Notes under the pieces: generated by a model | What the model saw: the letters and a program-made list of their open reading frames with translations, nothing else | Told to the model about the DNA's origin: nothing | Databases searched by the model: none | From: Spirochaetia bacterium | GTDB lineage: Bacteria; Spirochaetota; Spirochaetia; UBA9216 | Length of the DNA stretch: 64,000 nt | Reading direction: 5' to 3' | Assembly (NCBI GenBank): GCA_963675665.1 | Contig: OY776510.1 | Location: 3,328,001 to 3,392,000, forward strand | Made by a program: the position numbers and the translations under genes | Shown here: positions 1 to 10,826 of the stretch, piece after piece | Layout of the letters: each line of letters opens with the position of its first letter | Numbering within the stretch: position 1 is the first letter of the stretch

Positions 1-2
1 AA

Positions 3-1229
3 GAAAACAAGACAGCGCATGACGAAGGAATGCTGCAATCAGCATATCTTATAAACGCATATATTATTCATTATAAAAATATTATTATCAGTAACAAACA
101 AAAAGCGGAAGCTTTGAAATTTGTCGGAGAAAAATTAAAAAAAGAACCTTTTCATTTTACCATAAGTGATATTTACAGTTTTACCAATAAAAGCGGAATT
201 ATGCTCGGTAAAGTCTATAAAAAAGAAGATCTGCATGATTTTATGAATAAAAAACTGCAGGTGCGGAATAACGAAGTTCTTCCTGAACTGATTAAGGTTA
301 AAACCATAAATAAACTGTATTATATTCATAAATCTGTTTTTTTAAATCTCGTACACAATAAGATCAACAGTGCGCATGATTATTACCGGAAAAATTATAT
401 AGATACCTGGTCGGAAGAACTGAAGACCTACAAAGCGCCGGCGAGTATGAATAATGATGAAGTATTTCATGCTGATCTTGAGAAAAGGATAAAAAAAGAG
501 GACCCACTGCTTTATGCTGTTCTCGGATATGAACTTCTCTTCCTGTCAATAAATGATACAAAGAATATCAAGCTTAAAGCAGTTGCGCAGGGATGGATTG
601 AACCAAAAATGCAGGAAACAAGACCGTTACCTGTGATATTAGGTCTAAATCGGCGGGAATTAGCTTCTGAAGTCCGGTCAATTGTTCCGTTCTGGCTGAC
701 AATAAGTTTTTTCAGAAAACTTGCCGCGATTTTCGGAGGGAACAAACGTAAAAAAGAAAAAAAGAAAACAGGACTGTCTCAAGTTTCAGGAGAAGTAAGA
801 CGTTCGAATGCTCCGAAATCCACGACGTCTGCAAGACCTGCAACCGTTTCTGGTTCGGATGGTTCGGACGGAAAAATCAGGAGTAAAAATATCGAATATA
901 AAAAGGCCCTTGATGTTCTAAAAAAACAGTTTGATTACAGCAGCACTTCCGTATATGACAGGCTCGACGAGCTTGTACATGAGTGGAACCCGCTGCTTGA
1001 TCACACTGCAAGAAGTAACCTTGTAAAAGATGTTAACAATATGGTGCGGGATTATATGCGGAAAATTCTGAGGGAAACGGCTTTTGCTGTGCCTGATCGG
1101 GAACGGGTCGATAATATTGCTGAATTACTGGCGGGAAATAAGGCGTTTAATGTCATAAAAAAGCGTCAAAGTTTCAGACAGTATATTACTTTGTATATTA
1201 TAAAAACACTCTCCGAGACAAAACCATAG
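3..1229 (+). CDS. Hypothetical protein, 5'-truncated at the window edge
   Basis: The frame of ORF 30..1229 stays open back to the window start; long Lys-rich ORF with no recognisable motif. Confidence 0.6.
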   Translation, partial: ENKTAHDEGMLQSAYLINAYIIHYKNIIISNKQKAEALKFVGEKLKKEPFHFTISDIYSFTNKSGIMLGKVYKKEDLHDFMNKKLQVRNNEVLPELIKVKTINKLYYIHKSVFLNLVHNKINSAHDYYRKNYIDTWSEELKTYKAPASMNNDEVFHADLEKRIKKEDPLLYAVLGYELLFLSINDTKNIKLKAVAQGWIEPKMQETRPLPVILGLNRRELASEVRSIVPFWLTISFFRKLAAIFGGNKRKKEKKKTGLSQVSGEVRRSNAPKSTTSARPATVSGSDGSDGKIRSKNIEYKKALDVLKKQFDYSSTSVYDRLDELVHEWNPLLDHTARSNLVKDVNNMVRDYMRKILRETAFAVPDRERVDNIAELLAGNKAFNVIKKRQSFRQYITLYIIKTLSETKP

Positions 1230-1324
1230 AATTAACGGGATTTTCTGTTGCCTGATTTAGAATTAGGGATTAAAATAGAAAATAATTGTTAACGCGAACA
1301 TATATAATAATTTTGGAGGTTATA

Positions 1325-2728
1325 ATGAAAACCCTTATTAAAAACGGGACAGTAGTCACTGCCAGTGATACTTACAAGGCCGATGTACTTATCGAAGACG
1401 AAAAAGTAGTAATGATAGGTTTTGAGCTGCCTTCCGAAGGTGCGGACGTCATTGATGCAGCAGGCATGCTGGTCATGCCCGGCGGAATCGATGCTCATAC
1501 ACATCTTGATATGCCTTTTGGAGGAACAGTAACCGCAGATGATTTTTATACCGGACAGAGAGCAGCAGCTTTCGGAGGCACCACATGCCATGTTGATTTT
1601 GCGCTTCAGCAGAAAGGTGAAACCTTGAGGCAGGGTGTTGAACTATGGCAGAAAAAGGCTGAAGGAAAGACCGTAATTGATTACGGTTTTCATATTGCCA
1701 TTACCGATCCCACTGAAGCTTCACTGAATGAAATTCCGTCTCTTGTTGATATTGGTGTTTCATCCTTAAAAGTTTTCCAGGCTTATAAAGGCGCGTTCAT
1801 GGTTGATGATACTGCGCTTTTCAAGGCAATGGAGAAGACCAGAGATGCGGATATAATGCTGATGACTCATTCCGAGAACGGAGATGCTATAGCGCTTCTT
1901 ACTGAACAGCTGGTTGCAGCCGGCAAACTGGATCCGGGTTATCATCTGGACGCGCATCCAAGAGAGATTGAGGGCGAAGCAACTGCAAGGGCAATTGCCC
2001 TGTCGGCAGTTACCGGAGCCAAGTTATATGTAGTTCATATGTCGTGCAAAGATTCTATTGAGCAAATGGCTTTGGGACGATCAAAAGGATATAACGTAAT
2101 GGGAGAAACATGTACGCAGTATATGTTTAAATTTGAAGAGGATATGAGGGTACCGGGATTTGAAGGAGCCAAATGGGCTTGCGGCCCTCCTGTCAGAACT
2201 CCTGCAGATGCTGAATATATCTGGGAATCGTTAAAAAATACAACGCTTCAGACTGTTGCCACGGATCACTGTTCTTTTAATTACGAAGGCGGTGTTGACG
2301 GCAAACTGCCCGGAAAAGAGCTCGGTAAAGACGGATGGCACAAGATTCCTAACGGTATTCCGGGTATAGAAGACCGAATGATGGTTATATATCATAATGG
2401 TGTCAACGGCGGAAGATTCAGTCTTAACCGTTTTGTCGAAGTAACTTCAACAAATGTTGCAAAAGCTATGGGAATGTACCCGAAAAAAGGGACAATAGCA
2501 GTAGGTTCGGATGCTGATATTGTGCTTTGGAATCCCGCAAAGGAACATACTATATCGGCAAAAACACACCATATGAATGTTGATTATAATGCGTACGAAG
2601 GTATGAAAGTAAAAGGAATGCCGGTAAAAACAATTATCCGCGGAACAACCGTAGTAGACGGTGATGAATTCTGCGTAGAAAAGGGTTTCGGTCGGTTTGT
2701 TAAAAGAAAGGGCCCGCAGCTTGTTTAA
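1325..2728 (+). CDS. hydA: Dihydropyrimidinase / D-hydantoinase
   Basis: PGGIDAHTH metal motif, carbamylated-Lys region SSLKVFQAY, ATDHCSF, PNGIPGIEDRM, GSDADIVLW; GGAGGT SD before ATG 1325. Confidence 0.92.
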   Translation: MKTLIKNGTVVTASDTYKADVLIEDEKVVMIGFELPSEGADVIDAAGMLVMPGGIDAHTHLDMPFGGTVTADDFYTGQRAAAFGGTTCHVDFALQQKGETLRQGVELWQKKAEGKTVIDYGFHIAITDPTEASLNEIPSLVDIGVSSLKVFQAYKGAFMVDDTALFKAMEKTRDADIMLMTHSENGDAIALLTEQLVAAGKLDPGYHLDAHPREIEGEATARAIALSAVTGAKLYVVHMSCKDSIEQMALGRSKGYNVMGETCTQYMFKFEEDMRVPGFEGAKWACGPPVRTPADAEYIWESLKNTTLQTVATDHCSFNYEGGVDGKLPGKELGKDGWHKIPNGIPGIEDRMMVIYHNGVNGGRFSLNRFVEVTSTNVAKAMGMYPKKGTIAVGSDADIVLWNPAKEHTISAKTHHMNVDYNAYEGMKVKGMPVKTIIRGTTVVDGDEFCVEKGFGRFVKRKGPQLV

Positions 2729-2739
2729 ATTAGCAAAAT

Positions 2740-2775
2740 AAAAAAAGCAGCCGGAATGCACGGCTGCTTTTTTTT
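2740..2775. terminator. Bidirectional intrinsic terminator
   Basis: A-run, GCAGCCG/CGGCTGC stem, T8 run, between convergent genes. Confidence 0.85.
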
Positions 2776-2972
2776 GCCTGAATCCCGCAGACAGGATTAA
2801 AGCATAATTATTAATTGATTTTTTAATGAAACAATTTAATTAAAACTTTGTTTATAAAATATGGTGAATTCTGCTTTATAATGTTTGAATTGTAAATCAA
2901 CCAAAAGGTTGAATTTATTATGAAGCTGAAAAATATACTATAACTTTGGTATTAATATTATAAAATTAAATT

Positions 2973-3494
2973 TTATTCGGTGAAAACTTTATCTGAAAGA
3001 CCGGAAACCTCAAGATATCTTGCAAGTAATTCTGAAGATATTATTATCAATGGCAGGGAGACCGAAAAACGCAATAACGTAAATTTTAATCCCAGAAAAG
3101 TTGATTCGAATATTGCCATGGGAATCCTGAAAACTGCTGATGCGGCAAGATATGAAAGTACTATAGAAAGTTTGGCTCCCTTTTTATAAAGTGAAGCGGA
3201 AACAGGAAAAGCTACATACATTCCGCCGACAGTTGTTCCTGCCAGAAGAAGTACCCAAAGATATGAGAGCAGGCAGGAATTATTGCCGAGGTGTTTTTCA
3301 ACTGTTTCTTTTTTAACCCAGACTTCGAATAATCCTATTATGATAAATGCCGGTGGAAGTACTTTCAGCATGGAAAAAGAGAAGGTTAAAAAGTTAATTC
3401 CAATGTTTTTACCGGGTTCGAAACCGGTAAAAACAGATAGGATTATAAACAGTGCATATATGGAAAAAATTAAATAATTAGAGATTCTCTTCAT
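2973..3494 (-). CDS. Predicted permease (DUF318/ArsP-like), second subunit
   Basis: Multiple hydrophobic segments, KHLG, GGMYVAFP...LYKKGA, E..FLG.KF pattern; start overlaps upstream stop at 3494. Confidence 0.7.
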   Translation of the reverse strand: MKRISNYLIFSIYALFIILSVFTGFEPGKNIGINFLTFSFSMLKVLPPAFIIIGLFEVWVKKETVEKHLGNNSCLLSYLWVLLLAGTTVGGMYVAFPVSASLYKKGAKLSIVLSYLAASAVFRIPMAIFESTFLGLKFTLLRFSVSLPLIIISSELLARYLEVSGLSDKVFTE

Positions 3495-3976
3495 TAAATG
3501 AAATCTCCATAAAAAACGCCGATGACGAATGCAATAACCAGAGACATTAAAAATGCTCCGGCATTTCTTATTACGGCTGTCTTAGTTCCCAGATACTGCT
3601 TTTCGATTGGAAAAGAAACAACTCCTACGAGCATAAGGCTGGAGGAAAAAGCAGCTATTACAGACCACGTAACACCGGAATCTTTTAAAATCCCGCATAA
3701 AGGAAAAGCAATAAAGCCTGGTATCATGGCTATAGATCCAATCAAAGCTGAAATTAATATGTTTAAGGAGGAGTTGCTTTTTCCGAGGTATTTAATTAAA
3801 ACTTCTTCGGGAAAAAAATAAAGTACGATTGACACCAGAACAAGCATTATCCCGAAAGCAGGGAGTATTTTTAAAAGCTTTAAGAGAGCAATTTTAAGTC
3901 CTTTAAGAGTTTTGCTTCTGTCTGCAAAAAACGAAGCTGCAAGAAGGACTGCACAAAGGATGTAAAGAACAGTCAC
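3494..3976 (-). CDS. Predicted permease (DUF318/ArsP-like), first subunit
   Basis: Hydrophobic 160 aa, [22 protein letters not shown]....RN; GTG start overlaps lipA stop (GTGA). Confidence 0.7.
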   Translation of the reverse strand: MTVLYILCAVLLAASFFADRSKTLKGLKIALLKLLKILPAFGIMLVLVSIVLYFFPEEVLIKYLGKSNSSLNILISALIGSIAMIPGFIAFPLCGILKDSGVTWSVIAAFSSSLMLVGVVSFPIEKQYLGTKTAVIRNAGAFLMSLVIAFVIGVFYGDFI

Positions 3977-4833
3977 CTGATGGATTCCAGGGCTTCATCG
4001 GCAAGATAGGAACTTCGGACCAGCGGAGCGCAGGATGCATGAAGAAAACCCAGTTCAACAGCTGTATCATGAATTTTACTGAAAATGTCGGGATGAATCC
4101 ATTCTACTACGGGATGGTGCTGAGCTGACGGAGACAAATACTGACCTACAGTAAGAAAATCACAGCCGACTTTTCGCAGATCTTTTAACACCTCAATTAT
4201 CTGGTTTTCGGTTTCACCAAGACCGAGCATCATACCTGATTTGGTGTATATGGAACTGTTTATACGTTTAACACGTGCCAGCAGTTCAAGAGACTGTCTG
4301 TAATCTGCCTGGGGCCGAACTTCAGGGTATAAAGAGGGAATAGTTTCAACGTTATGATTAATTATATTGGGACCGGCCTGAATAACTGTCATGAGAGCTT
4401 CTTCATCGCCCTGAAAATCTGGAATAAGAACCTCAATTACAGTATCTGAATATTCGGATTTAATGGTTCTTATTACCTCGGCAAAATGTCCGGCGCCTCC
4501 ATCAGGTAGATCATCTCTGGTCACCGATGTTATAACAACATGTTTCAGTTTCAGTTCCCTGACGGCTTCGGCAATGTGCGCAGGTTCAAGAGGATCAATT
4601 TTTTCGGGAATTCCGCCGGCGACATTGCAGAATGTACATGCCCTGGAGCATATTCTGCCTAAAATCATGAATGTGGCCGTTTTTCTGTTAAAGCATTCAC
4701 CTTTGTTGGGACAGGCGGCTTCTTCGCAGACAGTATGCAGATTAAGTCTTTCCAAAAGGTTTTCTACATTAGTAAAATCATATCCTGCTTTATATCTTAC
4801 TTTAAGCCACTCAGGTCTTTTACTCATGTTCAT
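3973..4833 (-). CDS. lipA: Lipoyl synthase
   Basis: RPEWLK N-terminus, [12 protein letters not shown] (CX4CX5C), CSRACTFC radical-SAM motif, C-terminal RSSY; GAGGT SD before ATG 4833. Confidence 0.96.
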   Translation of the reverse strand: MNMSKRPEWLKVRYKAGYDFTNVENLLERLNLHTVCEEAACPNKGECFNRKTATFMILGRICSRACTFCNVAGGIPEKIDPLEPAHIAEAVRELKLKHVVITSVTRDDLPDGGAGHFAEVIRTIKSEYSDTVIEVLIPDFQGDEEALMTVIQAGPNIINHNVETIPSLYPEVRPQADYRQSLELLARVKRINSSIYTKSGMMLGLGETENQIIEVLKDLRKVGCDFLTVGQYLSPSAQHHPVVEWIHPDIFSKIHDTAVELGFLHASCAPLVRSSYLADEALESIR

Positions 4834-5503
4834 TATATACCTCTTCAAGTTTACGTTGTACAAGATCCGCTGCAAAGATTTTTGAAAAATATTCGGCGGT
4901 CTGAAGTTTGACTTTTCCAAAGTCAATTGACGAACCTGTCTCTTTTTCAAGCGAGGTCACGCTGCGATCGGCCAGTCCGCATGGAATTATCCAGTCGAAA
5001 TGTTTCAGGTCCGTTTTAACATTAAAGGCAAAACCGTGAAAACTAATCCATTTACGTACTGCAATACCGATAGCGGTGATTTTTCTGCTTCCGATATATA
5101 CGCCCGTATATTTGCCTTTATCTTTTGTAGTTTCAATACCGTATTCATTTTTAAGCAGCTGTACGAAAATTTCTTCGATATCTGCTACGTATTTATGAAG
5201 GTCTTTACCGAAGTCTTCAAGTTTTAATACAGGGTATCCAACTATCTGTCCGGGACCATGGTAAGTAACATCTCCACCGCGCTCAACATTAAAAAGTTCA
5301 ACACCTTCTTTTTCAAGGATTTCATCGCTTGCAAGTATATTTTTTCTTTCAGCTCTTCTGCCGAGAGTAAGTACGGGAGGATGTTCAACAAGATAAAATG
5401 TATTTTCCAGTTCGCCTTTCCCAATTTTTTCAACTGTTTTTTTCTGTATCAGAAGGGCGTCTGAATAAGACATAACGCCAAGATCAACAAAATTAATTTC
5501 CAT
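4820..5503 (-). CDS. lipB: Octanoyl/lipoyl transferase
   Basis: [45 protein letters not shown]. Confidence 0.96.
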   Translation of the reverse strand: MEINFVDLGVMSYSDALLIQKKTVEKIGKGELENTFYLVEHPPVLTLGRRAERKNILASDEILEKEGVELFNVERGGDVTYHGPGQIVGYPVLKLEDFGKDLHKYVADIEEIFVQLLKNEYGIETTKDKGKYTGVYIGSRKITAIGIAVRKWISFHGFAFNVKTDLKHFDWIIPCGLADRSVTSLEKETGSSIDFGKVKLQTAEYFSKIFAADLVQRKLEEVYNEHE

Positions 5504-5596
5504 GAAGTAAATATAACATTATTTATAAAAAGAATTCAAATTGTGATTTGCAAAATGACAATATATCCCTTTATAATAAATATAAGGAGAAAAGTT

Positions 5597-6880
5597 ATGG
5601 ATAAGGTATTGAGCATAATTCTTGGAGGGGGGAAAGGTTCAAGACTTTATCCTCTCACAGCAAAAAGAGCCAAACCGGCAGTTCCTTTCGGCGGAAAATC
5701 AAGATTGATTGACATTGCTATCTCAAATTGTATTAATTCTGAATTCAGAAAAATTTATATTTTGACGCAATTTGAATCAACATCCTTGAATTTTCATATT
5801 AACAGAACTTATCAGTTCGATAAATTTTCGAAGGGTTTTGTTGAAATCCTGGCGGCGAGCCAGCAGAACGAAAACAGCGGATGGTATGAAGGCACTGCCG
5901 ATGCCGTAAGAAAAAACCTGAGGCATTACCAGACGCATAAGCCCGAATATTACATGATTTTATCCGGAGATCAGCTTTATCATATGAATCTTCAGGAATT
6001 TCTTAAAGAGCACAAAGAGAGCGGTGCAGATATAACGGTAGCGGCTACACCGGTAAGCCGTGATGATGCAAACCAGCTTGGTATACTTAAAATAGACAGT
6101 GCAAAAAGAATCGAGGCGTTCATGGAAAAGCCCGGACCGGACAAGGATATTTCCGAATTGAAAATACCGGAAGATGACTCAACGTATAACAGAAGGAGTG
6201 AAGACGGCAGAAAGGAATACCTTGCTTCAATGGGAATATATATTTTCAGCGCCAAAGCAATGGAGGTTTGTCTTGATTCTGAAAACACTGATTTCGGAAA
6301 AGAAATTATTCCCGAATCCATTAAGACCATGAATGTAAATGCTTATATTTACAACGGCTACTGGGAAGATATAGGGACTATCAAGAATTTTTATGAGGCG
6401 AATCTTAATCTGGCGTCAGTAAGGCCGAATTTTAATCTTTATGATGAAGAGAACCCTGTTTTCACGCACCGGAGAAACTTGCCGCCTTCAAAGATCAATT
6501 CGTGTGTTTTTAAACAGGCTCTTGCTGCAGAAGGTTCAATTATTACTGATGCATATATCAACTATTCCATAGTCGGGCTGAGAACAATAATCAGGGAAGG
6601 CGCCTCTCTTGACGGAGTCTACTGCATGGGTTCCGATTTTTATGAATCAGAAGAGGAGCAGGCTGAGAATCATGAAAAGGGAATACCGAATATCGGTATC
6701 GGACGGGCTACTGTCATTCGCCGGGCAATAATCGATAAAAATGCAAGAATCGGATCAAACTGCAGAATCGGAATTGATGATAATAAAATGCAGGACGGCG
6801 ATTATGGGAATTACCATATTGTAGACGGTATAATAATCATTCATAAGGATGCTGTCATCAAAGACGGTACGGTTATATAG
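5597..6880 (+). CDS. glgC: Glucose-1-phosphate adenylyltransferase
   Basis: ILGGGKGSRLYPLT.KRAKPAVPFGG, GTADAVR, LSGDQLY, EKP, ASMGIYIF, YWEDIGT; AGGAG SD. Confidence 0.96.
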   Translation: MDKVLSIILGGGKGSRLYPLTAKRAKPAVPFGGKSRLIDIAISNCINSEFRKIYILTQFESTSLNFHINRTYQFDKFSKGFVEILAASQQNENSGWYEGTADAVRKNLRHYQTHKPEYYMILSGDQLYHMNLQEFLKEHKESGADITVAATPVSRDDANQLGILKIDSAKRIEAFMEKPGPDKDISELKIPEDDSTYNRRSEDGRKEYLASMGIYIFSAKAMEVCLDSENTDFGKEIIPESIKTMNVNAYIYNGYWEDIGTIKNFYEANLNLASVRPNFNLYDEENPVFTHRRNLPPSKINSCVFKQALAAEGSIITDAYINYSIVGLRTIIREGASLDGVYCMGSDFYESEEEQAENHEKGIPNIGIGRATVIRRAIIDKNARIGSNCRIGIDDNKMQDGDYGNYHIVDGIIIIHKDAVIKDGTVI

Positions 6881-6888
6881 ACCGTATT

Positions 6889-8880
6889 ATGAATGTCTCA
6901 AAACTTGTAAAAGACGACCCGTGGCTTGAACCTTATTCGCAGGTTATTAATACGCGAATTAATTATTACCTGAGTCAAAAAAAAAGGATTGAAAAGACTG
7001 AAGGTTCAACACGGGCTCATAAATATTATGGTGAACATTTAATCGAAGGCAATACGGTAATAAGAGAATGGGCGCCGAATGCAGCCCGGATTTTTCTGCT
7101 ATGTGATGCCGGGGGCTGGAATCCTGTTCCGGATTTAGAATTCAAACGGTTAAATGATTACGGCGACTGGCAGATAACGGTAAATGAAAATATATTCGGT
7201 CATGGAAGTCATTACAGAATTCTTGTGCGCTGGAACGGCGGGGAAGGCCAAAGAATCCCGGCATATGCACGAAGAGTAGTTCAGGACCCTGTAACTCATA
7301 TTTTTACTGCTCAGATATGGTTTCCAGAGAAAGAATACATATGGAAAAACAGTGCGTTAAAAAATCTTCGGGCGTATGATAAACCTCCGGTAATTTATGA
7401 AGCGCATATAGGAATGGCGAAAGAAGCGGGCGGCATAGGATCTTATGATGAGTTCAGATGTAATATCCTGCCGAGAATAATGGATGCCGGCTTTAATACG
7501 GTTCAGTTTATGGCTCTGATGGAGCACCCTTATTATGCCTCATTCGGATATCAGGTATCAAGTTTTTTTGCGGTATCATCACGCTACGGAACTCCGGAAG
7601 AGTTCAAAGCGCTTGTTGATGAATGTCATGGGGCCGGCATAAGGGTTATAATGGATCTTGTCCATAGTCACGCTGTTAAAAACGAGGTTGAGGGTATCAG
7701 CGTACAGGACGGAAGCGAATATCTTTATTTTCACAGCGGCCCGAAAGGTATGCATCCGGCGTGGGATTCAAGATGTTTTAATTACGGAAAACATGAAACG
7801 ATAAATTTTCTGTTGTCGAACTGCAGGTTCTGGATGGAGGAATACCGGCTGGACGGATTCAGATTCGACGGCGTTACGAGTATGCTGTATTTTGATCATG
7901 GCCTGGGAGCTTCCTTTGATCATTATGATAAATATTTCGGCCCCAATGTAGATAAAGATGCGCTGCTGTACCTGAGCCTGGCAAACGATTTAATACATGA
8001 AATAAATCCCGAAGCTTTAACGATAGCGGAAGATATGAGCGGAATGCCCGGAATGGGCGCCGCACAGAAAGACGGCGGTCTCGGATTTGATTACCGTCTT
8101 ACAATGGGATTACCGGATTACTGGATAAAAACCATTAAAGAAACTTCCGATGAAAACTGGAAAGCTTCAGGAATCTGGAATGTAATGAATAACAGACGAT
8201 TCAGCGAGAAACACATATCATACAGTGAAAGTCATGACCAGGCTCTTGTAGGAGACAAGACGATAATATTCAGGCTCATGGATGCTGCGATGTACAGCGA
8301 TATGACTGTTGATTCCAATTCTCTTGCTGCCGACAGGGGGACCGCATACTACAGGCTGATAAACCTGATTACATTTTCTATTGGTGGCGACGGCTTTATG
8401 TGTTTTATGGGAAATGAATTCGGTCACCCCGAATGGATAGATTTCCCACGTGAAGGAAACGGCTGGAGCTATCACTATGCCAGAAGACAATGGTCGCTGG
8501 CGGATAATGAAAAACTGCGTTATTCAAGGCTTCTTTCTTTTACGACCGACATGATAAAGAAATGTTCGGTTTCGCTTACGGGCGGTCCTGCTCAGCTTGT
8601 TCACTGCCACGATTCGGACATGGTTTTTGCATATGAAAGAGGAGGGCTGCTTTTTATTTTAAATATAAATCCGGAAAAATCTTTTACTGATTACGGCATA
8701 TGCGCAGCAGGGGGTAACTGGAAAATGGTTTTTAACACTGATGCAAAGCAATACGATGGACATCAGAGGCTGCCTCACGAGCTTCAGCTGAAATCAGTTA
8801 AACATCAGGATGGAATATGCAGGTTGAGTTTATATCTTCCCTCCAAAACAGGGATAGTATTAAAAAGGATTGAAAAATGA
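6889..8880 (+). CDS. glgB: 1,4-alpha-glucan branching enzyme, GH13_8 (eukaryote/Bacteroidetes-like) type
   Basis: REWAPNA, FRFDGVTSMLY, AEDMSGMP, YSESHDQALVGDKT, FMGNEFGHPEWIDFPR. Confidence 0.92.
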   Translation: MNVSKLVKDDPWLEPYSQVINTRINYYLSQKKRIEKTEGSTRAHKYYGEHLIEGNTVIREWAPNAARIFLLCDAGGWNPVPDLEFKRLNDYGDWQITVNENIFGHGSHYRILVRWNGGEGQRIPAYARRVVQDPVTHIFTAQIWFPEKEYIWKNSALKNLRAYDKPPVIYEAHIGMAKEAGGIGSYDEFRCNILPRIMDAGFNTVQFMALMEHPYYASFGYQVSSFFAVSSRYGTPEEFKALVDECHGAGIRVIMDLVHSHAVKNEVEGISVQDGSEYLYFHSGPKGMHPAWDSRCFNYGKHETINFLLSNCRFWMEEYRLDGFRFDGVTSMLYFDHGLGASFDHYDKYFGPNVDKDALLYLSLANDLIHEINPEALTIAEDMSGMPGMGAAQKDGGLGFDYRLTMGLPDYWIKTIKETSDENWKASGIWNVMNNRRFSEKHISYSESHDQALVGDKTIIFRLMDAAMYSDMTVDSNSLAADRGTAYYRLINLITFSIGGDGFMCFMGNEFGHPEWIDFPREGNGWSYHYARRQWSLADNEKLRYSRLLSFTTDMIKKCSVSLTGGPAQLVHCHDSDMVFAYERGGLLFILNINPEKSFTDYGICAAGGNWKMVFNTDAKQYDGHQRLPHELQLKSVKHQDGICRLSLYLPSKTGIVLKRIEK

Positions 8881-10826
8881 ATGAATGGCTTGAGACGAAT
8901 AAAGCCGGCGGGTTCAGCTCTTCGACAACGATAGAGAGGAACGACCGAAAATATCACGGTTTGCTTTTGTGCCCTGTAAAAGGGCATGAGGGCAGATATC
9001 ATTTTCTTTCAGCTGTCGACGCTGCAATGCTTGACGGAAGCGGATTGACGCTCGGGACAAACAGTTATCCGGATGCTGTGTATCCGGAAAGTTATCACTT
9101 AATAGAGAAAAATGAACTGCTGCCGTGGCCGCTATGGATATACAGCCTGAACGGAACGAAAGTTCAAAAAGAAATTTTCATGCGGGAAGGTGAATCGGCA
9201 GTCTGGATTGTATTTACCATGCAGGAAGGCCCTGAAACAGCGGACATGGATTTGAAATTCCTGTTTACTTTTAGAAACAGTAATGAATTAACAAAGGCTA
9301 ATGAAGCCATTGATAAAAATATTAGACTTAAAAAAAATGGTTTTGTTATACAGCCATATGCGGGACTTCCTGAAGCTGAGGTGACATTTTCAGGAAACTG
9401 GAAAGCTGAAGTCGGACTGTACTGGGATTATAACGTCTGTTATGAGATGGAAAAGGAACGTGGACACGAATGGATTGAAGACAGGTTTGTCCCGGGGAAA
9501 GTTACGGTTGAATTAAATAAAAACAATCCTTTTGTGATAAGAGTAGGAATCAATGAAGACGGAGTCGGAAAGAATAATGACGCTGAAAAAACTTCACTGA
9601 CTGAATTATACAGAAAAGAAAAAAAAGCAAGAGCGGAACAGGCAAAGAATATAGATAGTCCGTTTGAAGTACTGAAATTTCAATCAAGACATTTTTTGCT
9701 GAAGAATCCTTCCGGGAAAAAATCGATAAACGCCGGATATCCCTGGTTCGGAGAATGGGGCAGAGATACAATGATTGCTTTGCCGGGGCTTACTTTTTAT
9801 AACGGAGATACAGCCGGCGGGATAAAGATATTAAGCGATTACATTTCGATGATTAAAGACGGCCTTCTGCCTAATACACTTGGAGAGACTCAGGGTTTTA
9901 CCTCGTACAATTCAATAGATGCAGGCCTCCTTTTCTGCTGGGCAATAGGAAAGCTGCTTAACACGGGTTACGGCAGCTTAAAGCCTGAAAAGAAGGTTCT
10001 GACTGATATTTTTCTGCCTGCTGTTAGCGCAATTGTAACGGCTTTTCTGGAAAATCGTGTTCCTGACGCCAGGCTTGATAAAACAGGTCTTATTGATACC
10101 GGCAGTATAAACACACAGCTGACGTGGATGGATGCGACAGCCTGGGGGAAACCTGTAACTCCCCGATACGGCTTTGCTGTCGACCTGAATGCCCTCTGGT
10201 ATGATGCCCTGTCACTTCTGGTTAAACTCAGTTCCGGGGCGGGTGTAGAACCCGGCGATGAAGTCAAAAGACTTATTGAAATAATACCTGGAATTTTTAA
10301 AAAAGTTTTCTGGCTTGAAGACGAACAATATCTGAGCGATACGGTTAACGAGCATGGTCCTGATAAAAAAATAAGGCCGAACATGCTGTTTGCTTCATCG
10401 GCATCGCCGGGACTTTTAAGTATGGAAATGCGGCGGGCGGTTGTGAAATGTGCGGAAGCATATCTGCTTACACCGCTGGGACTAAGAACGCTTGCTCCGG
10501 ACGATCCGGATTTCAGCGGTATGTATGAAGGCGGACCCGATCAGCGGGACAGTGTATACCATCAGGGTACTGTATGGGCCTGGCTAATCGGGATTATGGT
10601 TGAATCTTCATTAATTACGGCTGAAGATATTGAACAAAAGGCAAAGTTCTGGTCTGATTATATTTCTCACTTGCTTGACAAACACCTTTACAGAGAGGGG
10701 TGGGGATTTATTTCTGAAGTTTTTGACGGACTGAACCCGGGCAAAGGCAAAGGTTCTTTTGCGCAGGCATGGAGCTGCAGCGAGATTATAAGAGCGGCAG
10801 AATTGGTAAGAAGGATTGAGAAGTAA
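8877..10826 (+). CDS. Amylo-alpha-1,6-glucosidase (GH133; GDE_N + GDE_C) glycogen debranching enzyme
   Basis: EWLETN..GGFSS...RKYHGLL N-terminal domain; AGYPWFGEWGRDTMIALPGL, YNSIDA, QLTWMDA, TPLGLRTL, YHQGTVWAWL, SEVFDG...QAWS. Confidence 0.9.
   Translation: MNEWLETNKAGGFSSSTTIERNDRKYHGLLLCPVKGHEGRYHFLSAVDAAMLDGSGLTLGTNSYPDAVYPESYHLIEKNELLPWPLWIYSLNGTKVQKEIFMREGESAVWIVFTMQEGPETADMDLKFLFTFRNSNELTKANEAIDKNIRLKKNGFVIQPYAGLPEAEVTFSGNWKAEVGLYWDYNVCYEMEKERGHEWIEDRFVPGKVTVELNKNNPFVIRVGINEDGVGKNNDAEKTSLTELYRKEKKARAEQAKNIDSPFEVLKFQSRHFLLKNPSGKKSINAGYPWFGEWGRDTMIALPGLTFYNGDTAGGIKILSDYISMIKDGLLPNTLGETQGFTSYNSIDAGLLFCWAIGKLLNTGYGSLKPEKKVLTDIFLPAVSAIVTAFLENRVPDARLDKTGLIDTGSINTQLTWMDATAWGKPVTPRYGFAVDLNALWYDALSLLVKLSSGAGVEPGDEVKRLIEIIPGIFKKVFWLEDEQYLSDTVNEHGPDKKIRPNMLFASSASPGLLSMEMRRAVVKCAEAYLLTPLGLRTLAPDDPDFSGMYEGGPDQRDSVYHQGTVWAWLIGIMVESSLITAEDIEQKAKFWSDYISHLLDKHLYREGWGFISEVFDGLNPGKGKGSFAQAWSCSEIIRAAELVRRIEK

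Noticed and set aside
852-871. 9-bp repeat GGTTCGGAT/C (GSDGSDG)
   Set aside because: Two copies in a low-complexity linker; unremarkable.
2776-2972. sRNA or small ORF in the AT-rich gap between convergent genes
   Set aside because: Only weak hairpins, TATAAT-like words expected by chance, and no credible ORF.
5541-5561. Rex/CRP-like site TTGTGA...TGACAA between lipB and glgC
   Set aside because: Spacing fits neither consensus and the symmetry is imperfect.
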